In this document: one piece after another, positions 26,186 through 36,527 of the stretch
Position numbering within the stretch: the stretch's first letter is position 1
Layout of the letters: each line of letters begins with the position of its first letter
Sequence record: OQ703102.1
Length of the DNA: 40,875 bases
From: Escherichia phage vB_EcoP-R1
Reading direction: 5' to 3' (one strand)
The notes under the pieces: model-generated
The model's input: the letters and a program-made list of their open reading frames with translations, nothing else
The model's database searches: none
Told to the model about the DNA's origin: nothing
Program-made: the position numbers and the translations under genes

Positions 26186-26656
26186 ATGAACGCACTTGAA
26201 CAAGAGATTATCATTAAGTTGGTAGATAATAACGAAGGTCGCCCAGATGATTTGAATGGCTGCGGTATTTTCTGCCATAATGTCCCTTGCTACCTCTGTC
26301 CTGTAAATATCAATAAAAAGATAACCTTAGGTGAAATCCGAGCGATGGACATACGTAAGCCTAAACTGGAGAAACCAGAGGTAACTACTACAGACGACCA
26401 GCCTTACGCTAAGGCTATCGACGACGTACGCAAGCCGTCCCACTATCAGGTCTTTGACGGTGTGGAGTCCATTGAGATTATCGCTCGGTCCCTGACTGTC
26501 AGCGAGTTCCGTGGTTTCTGCATGGGTAACGTCCTGAAGTATCGACTCCGAGCTGGTAAGAAGTCCGAGCTGGCTACTATGGAGAAGGACCTAAACAAAG
26601 CAGCCTTCTATCAGGAGCTGTTCGACCTGCATAAAGGTAAGTGTTATGACGCGTGA
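26186..26656 (+). CDS. Hypothetical protein (gene 1.7 position)
   Basis: 156 aa; RBS AAGGAG; assigned by position. Confidence 0.45.
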   Translation: MNALEQEIIIKLVDNNEGRPDDLNGCGIFCHNVPCYLCPVNINKKITLGEIRAMDIRKPKLEKPEVTTTDDQPYAKAIDDVRKPSHYQVFDGVESIEIIARSLTVSEFRGFCMGNVLKYRLRAGKKSELATMEKDLNKAAFYQELFDLHKGKCYDA

Positions 26657-26873
26657 AGAACTTAAAGCTGTAGGGGTGAAGCGTAGAGCGCTCAGTTTTT
26701 ACCGAGCATACAAGGCGCTACGTAAGGGTATGTTAGCGTTCTCATTAGGACACAGTGAGTATTATGACTCTGACCTCCTACCGTTTGCTTATATGAAGAC
26801 TCCTAGTATGATTATTAGGGTAGAGGAGTATGACCATTCTGACGACTGTGTAATGGTGAACCGATATGCTTAA
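26646..26873 (+). CDS. Hypothetical protein (gene 1.8 position)
   Basis: 75 aa ORF overlapping neighbours. Confidence 0.4.
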   Translation: MTREELKAVGVKRRALSFYRAYKALRKGMLAFSLGHSEYYDSDLLPFAYMKTPSMIIRVEEYDHSDDCVMVNRYA

Positions 26874-26882
26874 ACCGAGTGA

Positions 26883-27080
26883 GTGGTGCCGGGAGATGTA
26901 CGAGAAGACTCTCAACCCGGACTACATTACGTTATACAACCAATGGAAGGAGCGTGGTTTATGAACCAAGACCAGATTAACTTTGTGTGTCAGCTTATTA
27001 AGGAGTTCGTGGACTTCACTGATTTATCCGAAGAGGAACTTGTTAAGCTGGAAGAGATTCTCGACAAGGAGGTTTTATGA
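26883..27080 (+). CDS. Small acidic hypothetical protein (start uncertain; likely ATG 26961)
   Basis: Track ORF begins at a GTG; an internal ATG at 26961 with RBS AAGGAG gives a 39-aa product [39 protein letters not shown]. Confidence 0.3.
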   Translation: MVPGDVREDSQPGLHYVIQPMEGAWFMNQDQINFVCQLIKEFVDFTDLSEEELVKLEEILDKEVL

Positions 27081-27235
27081 CTGAGGTTGAGAAGAAGTAC
27101 ATCGTGGAGCTTGAGGGACGCGTTCAGTCCTTCGAGGTTCCGTTGTACGCAAAGTCTCTTGAAGAGGCTACCCTGAAGTCCCAAGAGTATGAGGACGCTG
27201 GTTTTGTGGTCGGTCGGATTCGTCCTGAGGCCTAA
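27077..27235 (+). CDS. 2: Host RNA polymerase inhibitor (gp2 homolog)
   Basis: 52 aa [52 protein letters not shown]; resembles T7 gp2 (...[34 protein letters not shown]); below the track cutoff. Confidence 0.7.
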   Translation: MTEVEKKYIVELEGRVQSFEVPLYAKSLEEATLKSQEYEDAGFVVGRIRPEA

Positions 27236-27253
27236 ACTATCACTGTAGGACAG
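27231..27253 (+). promoter_or_regulatory. Phage RNAP promoter variant (phi2.5-like), G at -3
   Basis: CCTAAACTATCACTGTAGGACAG; one mismatch to the family core (TATA to TGTA). Confidence 0.6.
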
Positions 27254-27292
27254 ACGTCCAGTTCGTAACTTTAAAATAGGAGATTCACACCA

Positions 27293-27991
27293 ATGGCTAA
27301 AGAGCAACTGAAGACTTTCACCACTCCGGTAGCTGGTATCGTTGAGCCTTACGCATGGCTGAACAAAGCAGACACTAAGTTTAACGAGCGTGGTGAGCAT
27401 AAGGTTAACCTGACATTCGACCTGAGCAGCCCGAAGGTCCGTAAGATGATTGATGTCTTACAGAAGATTCACGACGATGCGTATGCGAAAGCACTTGCAG
27501 ACCACGAGAAGAACCCACCTCAGGTTCAGCGTGGCAAGAAGCCTATTGAACCACGAGAAGGCGACATGCCGTGGATTGAGAATGGTGACGGTACTGTTAC
27601 CATGAAGTTTAAATGCTTCGCGTCTTACCTGAAGGATGGTAAGTCAGAGCCTATCGTATTACGGTTCTACGACACCGATGCTAAGTTAATCCGTGACGTC
27701 CCGAATATTGGCGCTGGCTCCAAACTGAAGGTCAAGTTTAAAGTCCTTCCGTTCAAGTGGAACGCTGCGACTGGTGCAAGCGTTAAGCTCCAGCTTGAGT
27801 CCTGCCTTCTGGTAGAACTGAAGGAGTGGAAAGGCGATGGTGCTGGTAGCGATGGTGGCTGGGGTGATGATGAAGACCTCGGTACTGGCTACAAAGCGTC
27901 AACCGATGGTGACTTCGGGTCTGACGACTTCAGTGACGATGGTTGTGATGGCGATGACGACTCCAACTCTGGTGGCGATTACGACTTCTAA
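27293..27991 (+). CDS. 2.5: Single-stranded DNA-binding protein (gp2.5 homolog)
   Basis: 232 aa, same length as T7 gp2.5; acidic C-terminal tail ending ...DDDSNSGGDYDF. Confidence 0.9.
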   Translation: MAKEQLKTFTTPVAGIVEPYAWLNKADTKFNERGEHKVNLTFDLSSPKVRKMIDVLQKIHDDAYAKALADHEKNPPQVQRGKKPIEPREGDMPWIENGDGTVTMKFKCFASYLKDGKSEPIVLRFYDTDAKLIRDVPNIGAGSKLKVKFKVLPFKWNAATGASVKLQLESCLLVELKEWKGDGAGSDGGWGDDEDLGTGYKASTDGDFGSDDFSDDGCDGDDDSNSGGDYDF

Positions 27992-28443
27992 TGGCCCAAT
28001 GGTCTGCAAAACGGGGGCACTCTGTGGGTGCCTACCGCTCTGGACTTGAAGCCAAGAACCAGCAGTGGCTGGAACAGAACGGCGTCAAAGCGGAGTACGA
28101 AAGCCATTATATCAACTATGTGATTCCGGCTTCCGACCACAAGTACACACCAGACTTTATCCTTCCTAACGGTATCATCGTGGAGACCAAAGGTATCTTC
28201 GATAGTGATGACCGTAAGAAGCACCTTCTGGTACGAGAACAGCACCCAGAGTTAGACATTCGGTTCGTGTTCTCAAGTTCCCGCTCCAAGTTATACAAAG
28301 GGTCTCCGACCACGTATGGCGCATGGTGCGAAAAGAACGGCTATAAGTATGCCGATAAGTTCATCCCGGTTGAGTGGCTTCGAGAGGCGACTGTACGTCT
28401 GCCTTCAGGTATCCTCATCCCCAAGAAGAAAGGAGTTAAGTGA
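27991..28443 (+). CDS. 3: Endonuclease I, Holliday junction resolvase (gp3 homolog)
   Basis: 150 aa; ...YVIPASDHKYTPDFILPNGIIVETKGIFDSDDRKKHLLVREQHPELDIRFVFSSSRSKLYKGSPTTYG... parallels T7 gp3. Confidence 0.92.
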   Translation: MAQWSAKRGHSVGAYRSGLEAKNQQWLEQNGVKAEYESHYINYVIPASDHKYTPDFILPNGIIVETKGIFDSDDRKKHLLVREQHPELDIRFVFSSSRSKLYKGSPTTYGAWCEKNGYKYADKFIPVEWLREATVRLPSGILIPKKKGVK

Positions 28444-28913
28444 TGACTCAGAAATATAGACTTAAAGTTAGCATCTACGGGTGGCCTAGAGGTACTATCG
28501 TCACAAAATGTGCGAAAGACCCTGTACCAGTGCCTGGACTTGTTCTGGTGGAATCCACTGAGCGTGGCCTCTACAAGCACGGAGCAGCGGGGCATAACAG
28601 TCAGCCTGACGGAATGTGGGGGGCATGGGTTTCAAATGAATATCTTGAGGAAATTGGAGAGGATAAACCTCAAGTCCTGCCAGCCTCAAGCGTCCCTCCT
28701 GTCACCGTTAAACGTGAAGTCCTGACCATCGACAAGATTGGTGTAGGCCAGACGTTCATCGTCCACGGGAAGCCTGAAGAAGTTTACGTGAAGATTAGCA
28801 ACTCACACGTCTTCAACCATAAGCGTCTCCAGATGCACACCACGGACGCACAGCGCTTCACCCAGCACCTGAATCTAGTGGTCGTAGAATTGGTGGTGTA
28901 CAATGGTAAGTAA
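28443..28913 (+). CDS. Hypothetical protein inserted between endonuclease I and amidase
   Basis: 156 aa from ATG 28443 (track start 28440 is a GTG); RBS AAAGGAG; no counterpart in T7, where gene 3.5 follows gene 3. Confidence 0.55.
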   Translation: MTQKYRLKVSIYGWPRGTIVTKCAKDPVPVPGLVLVESTERGLYKHGAAGHNSQPDGMWGAWVSNEYLEEIGEDKPQVLPASSVPPVTVKREVLTIDKIGVGQTFIVHGKPEEVYVKISNSHVFNHKRLQMHTTDAQRFTQHLNLVVVELVVYNGK

Positions 28914-29361
28914 GGTACAGTTCAACCCACGGTCCCGGACTGACGCTATCTTCGTTCACTGTTCGGCTACCAAGCCAGAGATGGACATCGGGGTAGAGAC
29001 CATCCGTATGTGGCACAAGCAGCAAGGATGGCTGGACGTAGGCTACCACTTTATCATCAAACGTGATGGCACTGTGGAAGAGGGTCGCCCGGTCAATGTC
29101 GTAGGGTCACACGTTAAGGACTGGAACTCCAAGTCCGTAGGCGTCTGCCTTGTAGGTGGAATTGACGCTAAGGGCAAGTTTGAAGCTAACTTCACTCCGG
29201 CCCAGATGAACTCACTGCGCACCAAGCTGGCTGACCTGAAGGCCCTGTATCCTCAGGCAGAAATAAAAGCACACCATGATGTAGCACCTAAGGCGTGTCC
29301 AAGTTTCGACTTGCAGCGCTGGCTATCTACCAATGAACTGGTAACTTCCGACCGTGGTTAA
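28903..29361 (+). CDS. 3.5: N-acetylmuramoyl-L-alanine amidase / T7 lysozyme (gp3.5 homolog)
   Basis: 152 aa; ...TDAIFVHCSATKP...WLDVGYHFIIKRDGTVEEGR...VGVCLVGGIDAKGKF.ANFTPAQM...AHHDVAPKACPSFDL.RW...NELVTSDRG nearly collinear with T7 gp3.5. Confidence 0.95.
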   Translation: MVSKVQFNPRSRTDAIFVHCSATKPEMDIGVETIRMWHKQQGWLDVGYHFIIKRDGTVEEGRPVNVVGSHVKDWNSKSVGVCLVGGIDAKGKFEANFTPAQMNSLRTKLADLKALYPQAEIKAHHDVAPKACPSFDLQRWLSTNELVTSDRG

Positions 29362-29385
29362 TAAACTCTAAAGGAGAACAACTCA

Positions 29386-29601
29386 ATGATTAAACTTATC
29401 GAATTTCTCGGTCGTCTGGTGGTGCGTGGTTATCGTCGTGCTGCGGTTATGGAACGAAAGGTAGAAAAGAAGACTGCTGACAGTGCGGCTGATGCAGCTG
29501 CTCTGGCTGACAAGCTGACCATCGCGTCACTGGAAGCTGGCATGAAGGCACGTCAAGCTGACACCAAAGCTGACCAGTTGGCTAAGTTCTTCAAAGCCTA
29601 A
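29386..29601 (+). CDS. Hypothetical small protein (gene 3.8 position, not HNH-like)
   Basis: 71 aa Ala/Lys-rich, predicted helical; assigned by position. Confidence 0.45.
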   Translation: MIKLIEFLGRLVVRGYRRAAVMERKVEKKTADSAADAAALADKLTIASLEAGMKARQADTKADQLAKFFKA

Positions 29602-29619
29602 ACTATCACCTTAGGGATG
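29597..29619 (+). promoter_or_regulatory. Phage RNAP promoter variant (phi4-like), two substitutions at -4/-3
   Basis: GCCTAAACTATCACCTTAGGGAT; upstream half conserved, TATA box changed to CTTA. Confidence 0.5.
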
Positions 29620-29666
29620 GGACAATAAGTCCTGTCCCTTTGTTCGCATTCGTGATTAAGGAGTGA

Positions 29667-31370
<1,704 letters not shown>

Positions 31371-31381
31371 GGAGGAGTACA

Positions 31382-31546
31382 TTGCTAAGAAAACTTAAAG
31401 CTCGCTACCATCGGTTCATGTACAAATGGTGGAGTGATGAAGCAACCTGCCTGTCCAACATTCTGGGAGACCAGAGGTTCGACTCTAAGGCTTGGAAGAA
31501 GGCTAACCGGAAGTTTATGTATCACTTCTTGCGTACAGACTTCTAG
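31382..31546 (+). CDS. Hypothetical small protein (gp4.3 position; start uncertain)
   Basis: Track ORF 31349..31546 overlaps the gene 4 end; a TTG at 31382 follows RBS AAGGAGG; an ATG at 31419 is the alternative. Confidence 0.35.
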   Translation: MLRKLKARYHRFMYKWWSDEATCLSNILGDQRFDSKAWKKANRKFMYHFLRTDF

Positions 31547-31549
31547 GTC

Positions 31550-31592
31550 TAGACTCAAGGTCATTCACATCGAGTGGCCTTTATGATTAGAC
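31550..31592 (+). promoter_or_regulatory. RNase III-type processing hairpin (R4.7-like)
   Basis: TAGACTCAAGGTCATTCACATCGAGTGGCCTTTATGATTAG; third near-identical copy. Confidence 0.5.
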
Positions 31593-31614
31593 TTATAACT
31601 AAAGGAGAAGCAAT

Positions 31615-32046
31615 ATGAGGACTTGTAGTAGATGTGGCTCTACAAAGGAGTCCACTGAGTTCAGGAAGACAAATGGGTGGTGCATATCCTGTGTTCGTGA
31701 GGATAATAGGTCGCGATATCATCGAAACAAAGGTACAGAGGCCGGTGAGGCGCATCGCCTATCTGCCCGTAAGTCTTGGCTTAAGAAAGCCTATGGTCTC
31801 ACACTTGAGGAATATGACACTATGTTCGATAGTCAAAAGGGCAGATGCGCTATATGCTCAGACATTATCTTCAAGCATGGGTCTATTGAGAGTAAGAATA
31901 ATGTAGCCCACGTTGACCATTGCCATGACTCAGGTATTGTTAGGGGATTGCTATGTGGTACATGTAATAGCGCACTTGGTAAGTTCGGTGACAAGGTAGC
32001 CGTGCTTAGGGCTGCTATAACGTACTTGGAGAAATATAATGTTTAA
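31615..32046 (+). CDS. HNH endonuclease, endonuclease VII-type (putative homing endonuclease)
   Basis: 143 aa; Cys-rich N-terminus (CSRCGS...CISC) plus CAICSD...HVDHCHDSGIVRGLLCGTCNSALG, the typical endonuclease-VII/HNH zinc-binding core. Confidence 0.8.
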   Translation: MRTCSRCGSTKESTEFRKTNGWCISCVREDNRSRYHRNKGTEAGEAHRLSARKSWLKKAYGLTLEEYDTMFDSQKGRCAICSDIIFKHGSIESKNNVAHVDHCHDSGIVRGLLCGTCNSALGKFGDKVAVLRAAITYLEKYNV

Positions 32047-34210
32047 TCTCAACTCATTCTATGGCACAGATATAGAGACTGACGGTCTACTAGACACTGT
32101 GTCACAGTTCCATTGTGGTGTTATCATTAACGCTGGAACTCAGGCTACTGAGAAATATGGTGTTGCCCCTATGACTGGGCTGACAGGTGGATTCAAAGAG
32201 TACATAGACCGCATAGAATCTATTATGGCATCCACTGACGGTATGCTGGTTCTGCACAATGGTGTGAACTATGATATACCAGCCTTGAAAATACTGAAGA
32301 AGAAATACTTTGGTAAGAACCTAAATGTGAATAAGGGTCGAATTATTGATACCTTGGTACTTGGTCGCTTGATGTATCCAAACATTAAGTTCTCAGACAT
32401 GGGCGCGGTGAAAGCTGGTCGTCTGCCACCTAAGATGATGGGACGCCAGTCTCTTGAGGCTTGGGGCTATCGTCTCGGTGAGATGAAAGGTGAGTACAAA
32501 CACGATTACGTTGCCAAGTGCAAGGCTGAAGGTATCGAATATAAGGCTGGGGACGAATGGTTGTTCCCGTCTCAGGAGATGCTGGACTATAACGTTCAAG
32601 ACGTTGTGGTCACACTGGCGTTGTTCAAGAAGTTCCTGACTGACAAGTATTACTTCCAGTCTGAACAGTTTGCTTTCGACCAGATTTATGCGTTGCGTCT
32701 GGAACATGATGCTGCGTGGACCTGTGCGAAGATGGAGCGTAACGGCTATCCGATGAACACCGAGATGGTCGAAGGCTTATATCGTGAACTCACCGTCAAA
32801 CGTGCAGAGTTGTTGGACAAGCTGCGTTCGACTTTCGGTAGCTGGTATGCACCAAAGGGAGGCAAGGAGTTCTTCAAGCACCCACGGACAGGCAAGGACC
32901 TTCCGAAGTATCCGCGAGTCGTGTATCCTAGGGTCGGGTCAGTATTCAAGAAGCCGAAGAACAAAGCTCAACGCTTAGGTCTGGAGCCTTGCGAGTTCGA
33001 CTCACGAGACACGATGGAAGGAGCACCGTTCACGCCAATCACTTACGTTGAGTTTAATCCGGGAAGCGGAGACCACTTAGCGAAAGTCTTGATGGAGCGT
33101 GGTTGGGAGCCTGTGGACTTCACTGACACTGGGAAACCTGTAGTAGATGACGAGACGTTAGAACACGTTAAGCTACCAGACGCAGAGGCTCAGGCTTGCG
33201 TAGAGCTGGTCCGTGAGTATCTGGTAGTCCAGAAGCGCATCGGTCAGGCGGCTGAAGGTAAGAACGCATGGTTGAAACTTGTAGGTCCAGACGGACGTAT
33301 GCACGGTTCAATCAACCCATGCGGTGCAGTAACAGGACGTGCGACTCATAGTTCACCAAACATGGCTCAGGTCCCTGCTAACGGTGCTCCGTATGGTGAG
33401 ATTTGCCGTGGTGCTTTCGGTGCAGCTTGGAACAAGACGGATGGTAAGCCAGACCCTTGGATTCAAGTGGGTGTGGATGCTTCAGGTCTTGAGCTTCGTT
33501 GTCTGGGGAACCGAGCAGCTCCGTTTGATGGTGGTGCCTATGCGAAGACTGTGGTCGAAGGTGACATCCACTGGGCCAACGCAGTAAACGCTGGTTTAGC
33601 ACCTAACGTCCCACGCGATAAATCGAGCCACGACCATGATGCTTTCCGTAACAACGCTAAGACGTTCATCTATGCGTTCCTGTATGGTGCAGGGGCCGCT
33701 AAGATTGGACTGATAGTCGGCGGTGGTAAGAAGGAAGGTTCAGCTCTCATGAAGAAATTCATTGAGGGTACACCAGCCATCAAAGACCTCAGGGAAGCTG
33801 TGAGTAATACGTTAATCTCAGACTCTAAGTGGGTAGATGGTGAGAACATCGTTAAGTGGAAACGCCGTTGGCTGCGTGGACTTGACGGTCGCCGTATCCA
33901 CATCCGGTCGCCACACTCAGCACTGAACGCCTTACTTCAAGGTGACGGTGCGGTAGTCTGTAAGCACTGGATGGTACTGACGGAGAAGAAACTTGAGGAA
34001 GCTGGCTACGGTAATGGCTGGGATGGTGACTTTGCGCTAATGGCTTGGATTCACGACGAATTGCAGATTGCGTGTCGTACTCAGGAGATTGCCGAAGAAG
34101 TCGTCCGTATTGCACAAGAAGCAATGCGTGAGGTAGGACGTTTTTATAACTTCAAGTGTGATCTTGATACGGAGGGTAAGATTGGACCAACGTGGAAAGA
34201 GTGTCACTGA
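32039..34210 (+). CDS. 5: DNA polymerase, family A (gp5 homolog)
   Basis: 723 aa; ...SQFHCGVII, LEAWGYRLGEMKGEYK, DYNVQDVVVT, HPRTGK.LPKYPR, FKKPKNKAQR, GAVTGRATHS.PN.AQ.P, DASGLELRCLG, KTFIYAFLYGAG, KRRWL.GLDGR..H.RSPH.ALN.LLQ, GWDGDFA.MAW.HDE.Q parallel T7 gp5. Confidence 0.97.
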   Translation: MFNLNSFYGTDIETDGLLDTVSQFHCGVIINAGTQATEKYGVAPMTGLTGGFKEYIDRIESIMASTDGMLVLHNGVNYDIPALKILKKKYFGKNLNVNKGRIIDTLVLGRLMYPNIKFSDMGAVKAGRLPPKMMGRQSLEAWGYRLGEMKGEYKHDYVAKCKAEGIEYKAGDEWLFPSQEMLDYNVQDVVVTLALFKKFLTDKYYFQSEQFAFDQIYALRLEHDAAWTCAKMERNGYPMNTEMVEGLYRELTVKRAELLDKLRSTFGSWYAPKGGKEFFKHPRTGKDLPKYPRVVYPRVGSVFKKPKNKAQRLGLEPCEFDSRDTMEGAPFTPITYVEFNPGSGDHLAKVLMERGWEPVDFTDTGKPVVDDETLEHVKLPDAEAQACVELVREYLVVQKRIGQAAEGKNAWLKLVGPDGRMHGSINPCGAVTGRATHSSPNMAQVPANGAPYGEICRGAFGAAWNKTDGKPDPWIQVGVDASGLELRCLGNRAAPFDGGAYAKTVVEGDIHWANAVNAGLAPNVPRDKSSHDHDAFRNNAKTFIYAFLYGAGAAKIGLIVGGGKKEGSALMKKFIEGTPAIKDLREAVSNTLISDSKWVDGENIVKWKRRWLRGLDGRRIHIRSPHSALNALLQGDGAVVCKHWMVLTEKKLEEAGYGNGWDGDFALMAWIHDELQIACRTQEIAEEVVRIAQEAMREVGRFYNFKCDLDTEGKIGPTWKECH

Positions 34211-34241
34211 CCCTCGAACCAAGACCTTGCGCTTCCACACA

Positions 34242-34535
34242 ATGCCTACTGGATGTATCGTCTGCGTGTCCCACAAGAGGAACCAAGATGGATACTTCCG
34301 GTATTCTATGGGAAGCTACAGGAAGGGCAACAAGTTCGCCTTCATGTTTCACAGATGGGTGTGGGAACAGAAGCGCGGACCTATACCGGATGGCTATGAG
34401 ATAGACCATTTGTGTTTGAATCGTGGGTGCTGTAACGTAGAACATCTACAATGTATTCCAAAGCGTGATCACGTCATCAAGACGAACCGTGAGCGCAAAC
34501 TTATTAAGAAGGAGAAGACTAATGGCTATTACTAA
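34242..34535 (+). CDS. HNH endonuclease (gene 5.3 position)
   Basis: 97 aa from ATG 34242 (track ORF 34158..34535 starts inside DNAP); ...GYFRYSMGSYRKGNKFAFMFHRWVWEQKRGPIPDGYEIDHLCLNRGCCNVEHLQCIPKRDH...N is a classic HNH core. Confidence 0.75.
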   Translation: MPTGCIVCVSHKRNQDGYFRYSMGSYRKGNKFAFMFHRWVWEQKRGPIPDGYEIDHLCLNRGCCNVEHLQCIPKRDHVIKTNRERKLIKKEKTNGYY

Positions 34536-34806
34536 ACGTATTCGTGTAAGTTTCGACCTGAAGATGGTTGTCAGCTCAAAGGAAGAAGATACCATGTGTC
34601 GCCAACTGGCTGAGATGACTAAAGCCTACGCTGAGGGTGAGAAGCTGGATGGACTTCAGGTGGCTATGGTCAAAGCAGCAATCGAGTCAGGCCCTGAGTC
34701 TGCCCTTGAAATTGCCCTCAAGAAGACCATCAAGGAGGAGCTGGTAGACGCCTTTGGTGATGACCAGTTCGGAGTATCTAACCTGCGATTCGAGGTCAAG
34801 CAATGA
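34522..34806 (+). CDS. 5.5: gp5.5-position protein
   Basis: 94 aa from ATG 34522 (MAITKRIRVSFDLK...); N-terminus resembles T7 gp5.5 as I recall it; start overlaps the HNH gene end. Confidence 0.55.
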   Translation: MAITKRIRVSFDLKMVVSSKEEDTMCRQLAEMTKAYAEGEKLDGLQVAMVKAAIESGPESALEIALKKTIKEELVDAFGDDQFGVSNLRFEVKQ

Positions 34807-35012
34807 GTGAATACTTACGGGTCCTAGCGGCCCTTAAGTCCTGCCCGAAGACCTTCCAGTCTAACTATGTGCGCAACAACGCTGCACTTGTGGCTGAGGC
34901 TGCGAGTCGTGGACATCTAAGCTGCCTGTCTATGGATGGGCGTAACAACGGTGCGTGGGAAATTACCGCTGCTGGCACCAAGTTCCTGAACCAACACGGA
35001 GGCTGTCTATGA
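34803..35012 (+). CDS. 5.7: gp5.7-position protein
   Basis: 69 aa, same length as T7 gp5.7; ...KSCPKTFQSNYVRNNAALVAEAASRGH...; assigned by position and size. Confidence 0.6.
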   Translation: MSEYLRVLAALKSCPKTFQSNYVRNNAALVAEAASRGHLSCLSMDGRNNGAWEITAAGTKFLNQHGGCL

Positions 35013-35458
35013 AGATACCTGAAAGTCTGAAAGAGCTGGTCCTTGACATGGGTGAGTGCGAGAAGGAGCACCGCAAGTACGCTGAGTTCTACGCATCTTG
35101 GTCATACACCTTGACAGAGAAGGACGTTGAGTCATACACCGAGTCTCCCGCTGAGGCTTATGAGTGGCGTCCATTCATCGGACTGACCATCGTAGCTAGC
35201 GGTATGTGGGATGACAGATACGGTTCAGAGGTAAACGACTGGGACGTGTGCCGCCAAGTTGAGAAGGAGACTGAGATGTCTTCAAACTTCTGGAACCTGA
35301 TGTCACACCTAAACTCAGAGGACAACGACAAGGCCCATGAGTTCGCCAACAAATGGCTGAAGCCTGAGGTGACTCTCGAACGTATAGAGGAGCCGAAAGT
35401 GCCCTTGATGCCATATGTAGTCGCTATGGCTACAGGAGGTCTGGACGATGGGTGCTGA
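35009..35458 (+). CDS. Acidic hypothetical protein at the gene 5.9 position (much longer than T7 gp5.9)
   Basis: 149 aa from ATG 35009 (overlaps the 5.7 stop as ATGA); Glu/Asp-rich; T7 gp5.9 is 52 aa. Confidence 0.5.
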   Translation: MKIPESLKELVLDMGECEKEHRKYAEFYASWSYTLTEKDVESYTESPAEAYEWRPFIGLTIVASGMWDDRYGSEVNDWDVCRQVEKETEMSSNFWNLMSHLNSEDNDKAHEFANKWLKPEVTLERIEEPKVPLMPYVVAMATGGLDDGC

Positions 35459-36317
35459 GAAGAAGATAGCTCTTGTTCTTGATGGCGATTACCTAGTATT
35501 CTCTTCTATGGCTGCTGCCGAGGACGAGACAGACTGGGGTGATGACATCTGGACCCTTATCTGCGACCATGAGAAGGCTCGCCGTATCCTTGAGAACACC
35601 ATCGCTGAAATCGTTAAGAAGCGCAAGGCGTGGAAAGACGCTAAGATTGTGATGTGCTTCACCGACGATTACAACTGGCGTAAGGACGTACTTCCTACCT
35701 ATAAGGCTAACCGTAAGGGTTCTCGCAAGCCTGTAGGTTACAAGAAGTTCGTAGCCGAAGTGATGGCTGACCCACGGTTCAACAGCTTCCTGCGTCCCAC
35801 GCTTGAGGGTGATGACTGTATGGGTATCATCGGGACCAGACCTCAGATTGTCGGATGTGACCATGCGGTTCTGGTGTCCTGTGATAAGGACTTCAAGACC
35901 ATACCGAACTGTGAGTTCTTCTGGTTGACCACTGGTGAAATCCTGAGTCATACGACTGCTGAGGCAGACTACTGGCACATGGAGCAGACCATCAAGGGCG
36001 ATACTACAGATGGCTACGGCGGGATTCCGGGGATGGGTGAGGACACCACTCGTGCGTTCCTTGACGAGCCGTACTACTTCGTTCAGGAGAGCCGTGAGCT
36101 TAAGACTGGTAAGAACAAAGGCCAGATTAAGACTGAGTGGAAGAAGTATCCGAAGCGTGAAGACATGACGCTGTGGGACTGCATGGTTACACTGGCTGCT
36201 AAGGCTGGCATGACCGAGGAGGAACTTCTGGTCCAAGCTCAGGTCGCTCGTATTTGTCGAGCCTCCGACTACGACCCTAAGTCCAAGGAGGTCATCCTAT
36301 GGACACCATCCATGTAA
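35448..36317 (+). CDS. 6: 5-prime to 3-prime exonuclease (gp6 homolog)
   Basis: 289 aa; ...WRKDVLPTYKANRK...KPVGY..F......LEGDD.MG.I......VSCDKDFKTIPNCEFFW.TTG.IL...DYWH...QTIKGD.TDGY.GI.G...KTGKNKGQ...TLWDC....AKAGMTEE parallel T7 gp6. Confidence 0.92.
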   Translation: MGAEKKIALVLDGDYLVFSSMAAAEDETDWGDDIWTLICDHEKARRILENTIAEIVKKRKAWKDAKIVMCFTDDYNWRKDVLPTYKANRKGSRKPVGYKKFVAEVMADPRFNSFLRPTLEGDDCMGIIGTRPQIVGCDHAVLVSCDKDFKTIPNCEFFWLTTGEILSHTTAEADYWHMEQTIKGDTTDGYGGIPGMGEDTTRAFLDEPYYFVQESRELKTGKNKGQIKTEWKKYPKREDMTLWDCMVTLAAKAGMTEEELLVQAQVARICRASDYDPKSKEVILWTPSM

Positions 36318-36391
36318 TTTACTGGGTCGGACTTCTGGCCCTTTACTGCATGTACAAGTGGTTCGGGTCGAACAACCGCCCTAAACACTGA
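36299..36391 (+). CDS. Putative small hydrophobic peptide (gene 6.3 position)
   Basis: 30 aa MDTIHVIYWVGLLALYCMYKWFGSNNRPKH; RBS AAGGAGG 7 nt upstream; overlaps the 3-prime end of gene 6. Confidence 0.3.
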   Translation: MDTIHVIYWVGLLALYCMYKWFGSNNRPKH

Positions 36392-36443
36392 GTCTAGCCG
36401 ATAGTCATATCCTATCAATCCAACAGTCATCCATAGGTGAAAC

Positions 36444-36466
36444 ACTAAACTATCACTATAGGGACT
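36444..36466 (+). promoter_or_regulatory. Phage RNAP promoter (phi6.5-like)
   Basis: CACTAAACTATCACTATAGGGAC; +1 G at 36461; followed by an inverted-repeat leader (GACTTTAGGACC...GACTTTAGTC). Confidence 0.8.
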
Positions 36467-36527
36467 TTAGGACCTAAGATATGACTATAAGATAGACTTT
36501 AGTCTTAACTTAAAGAGGAGATTCAAG

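Noticed and set aside
35493-36236. 247-aa minus-strand ORF antisense to the exonuclease gene
   Set aside because: Same reasoning: fully embedded antisense to a conserved + strand gene; no independent support.
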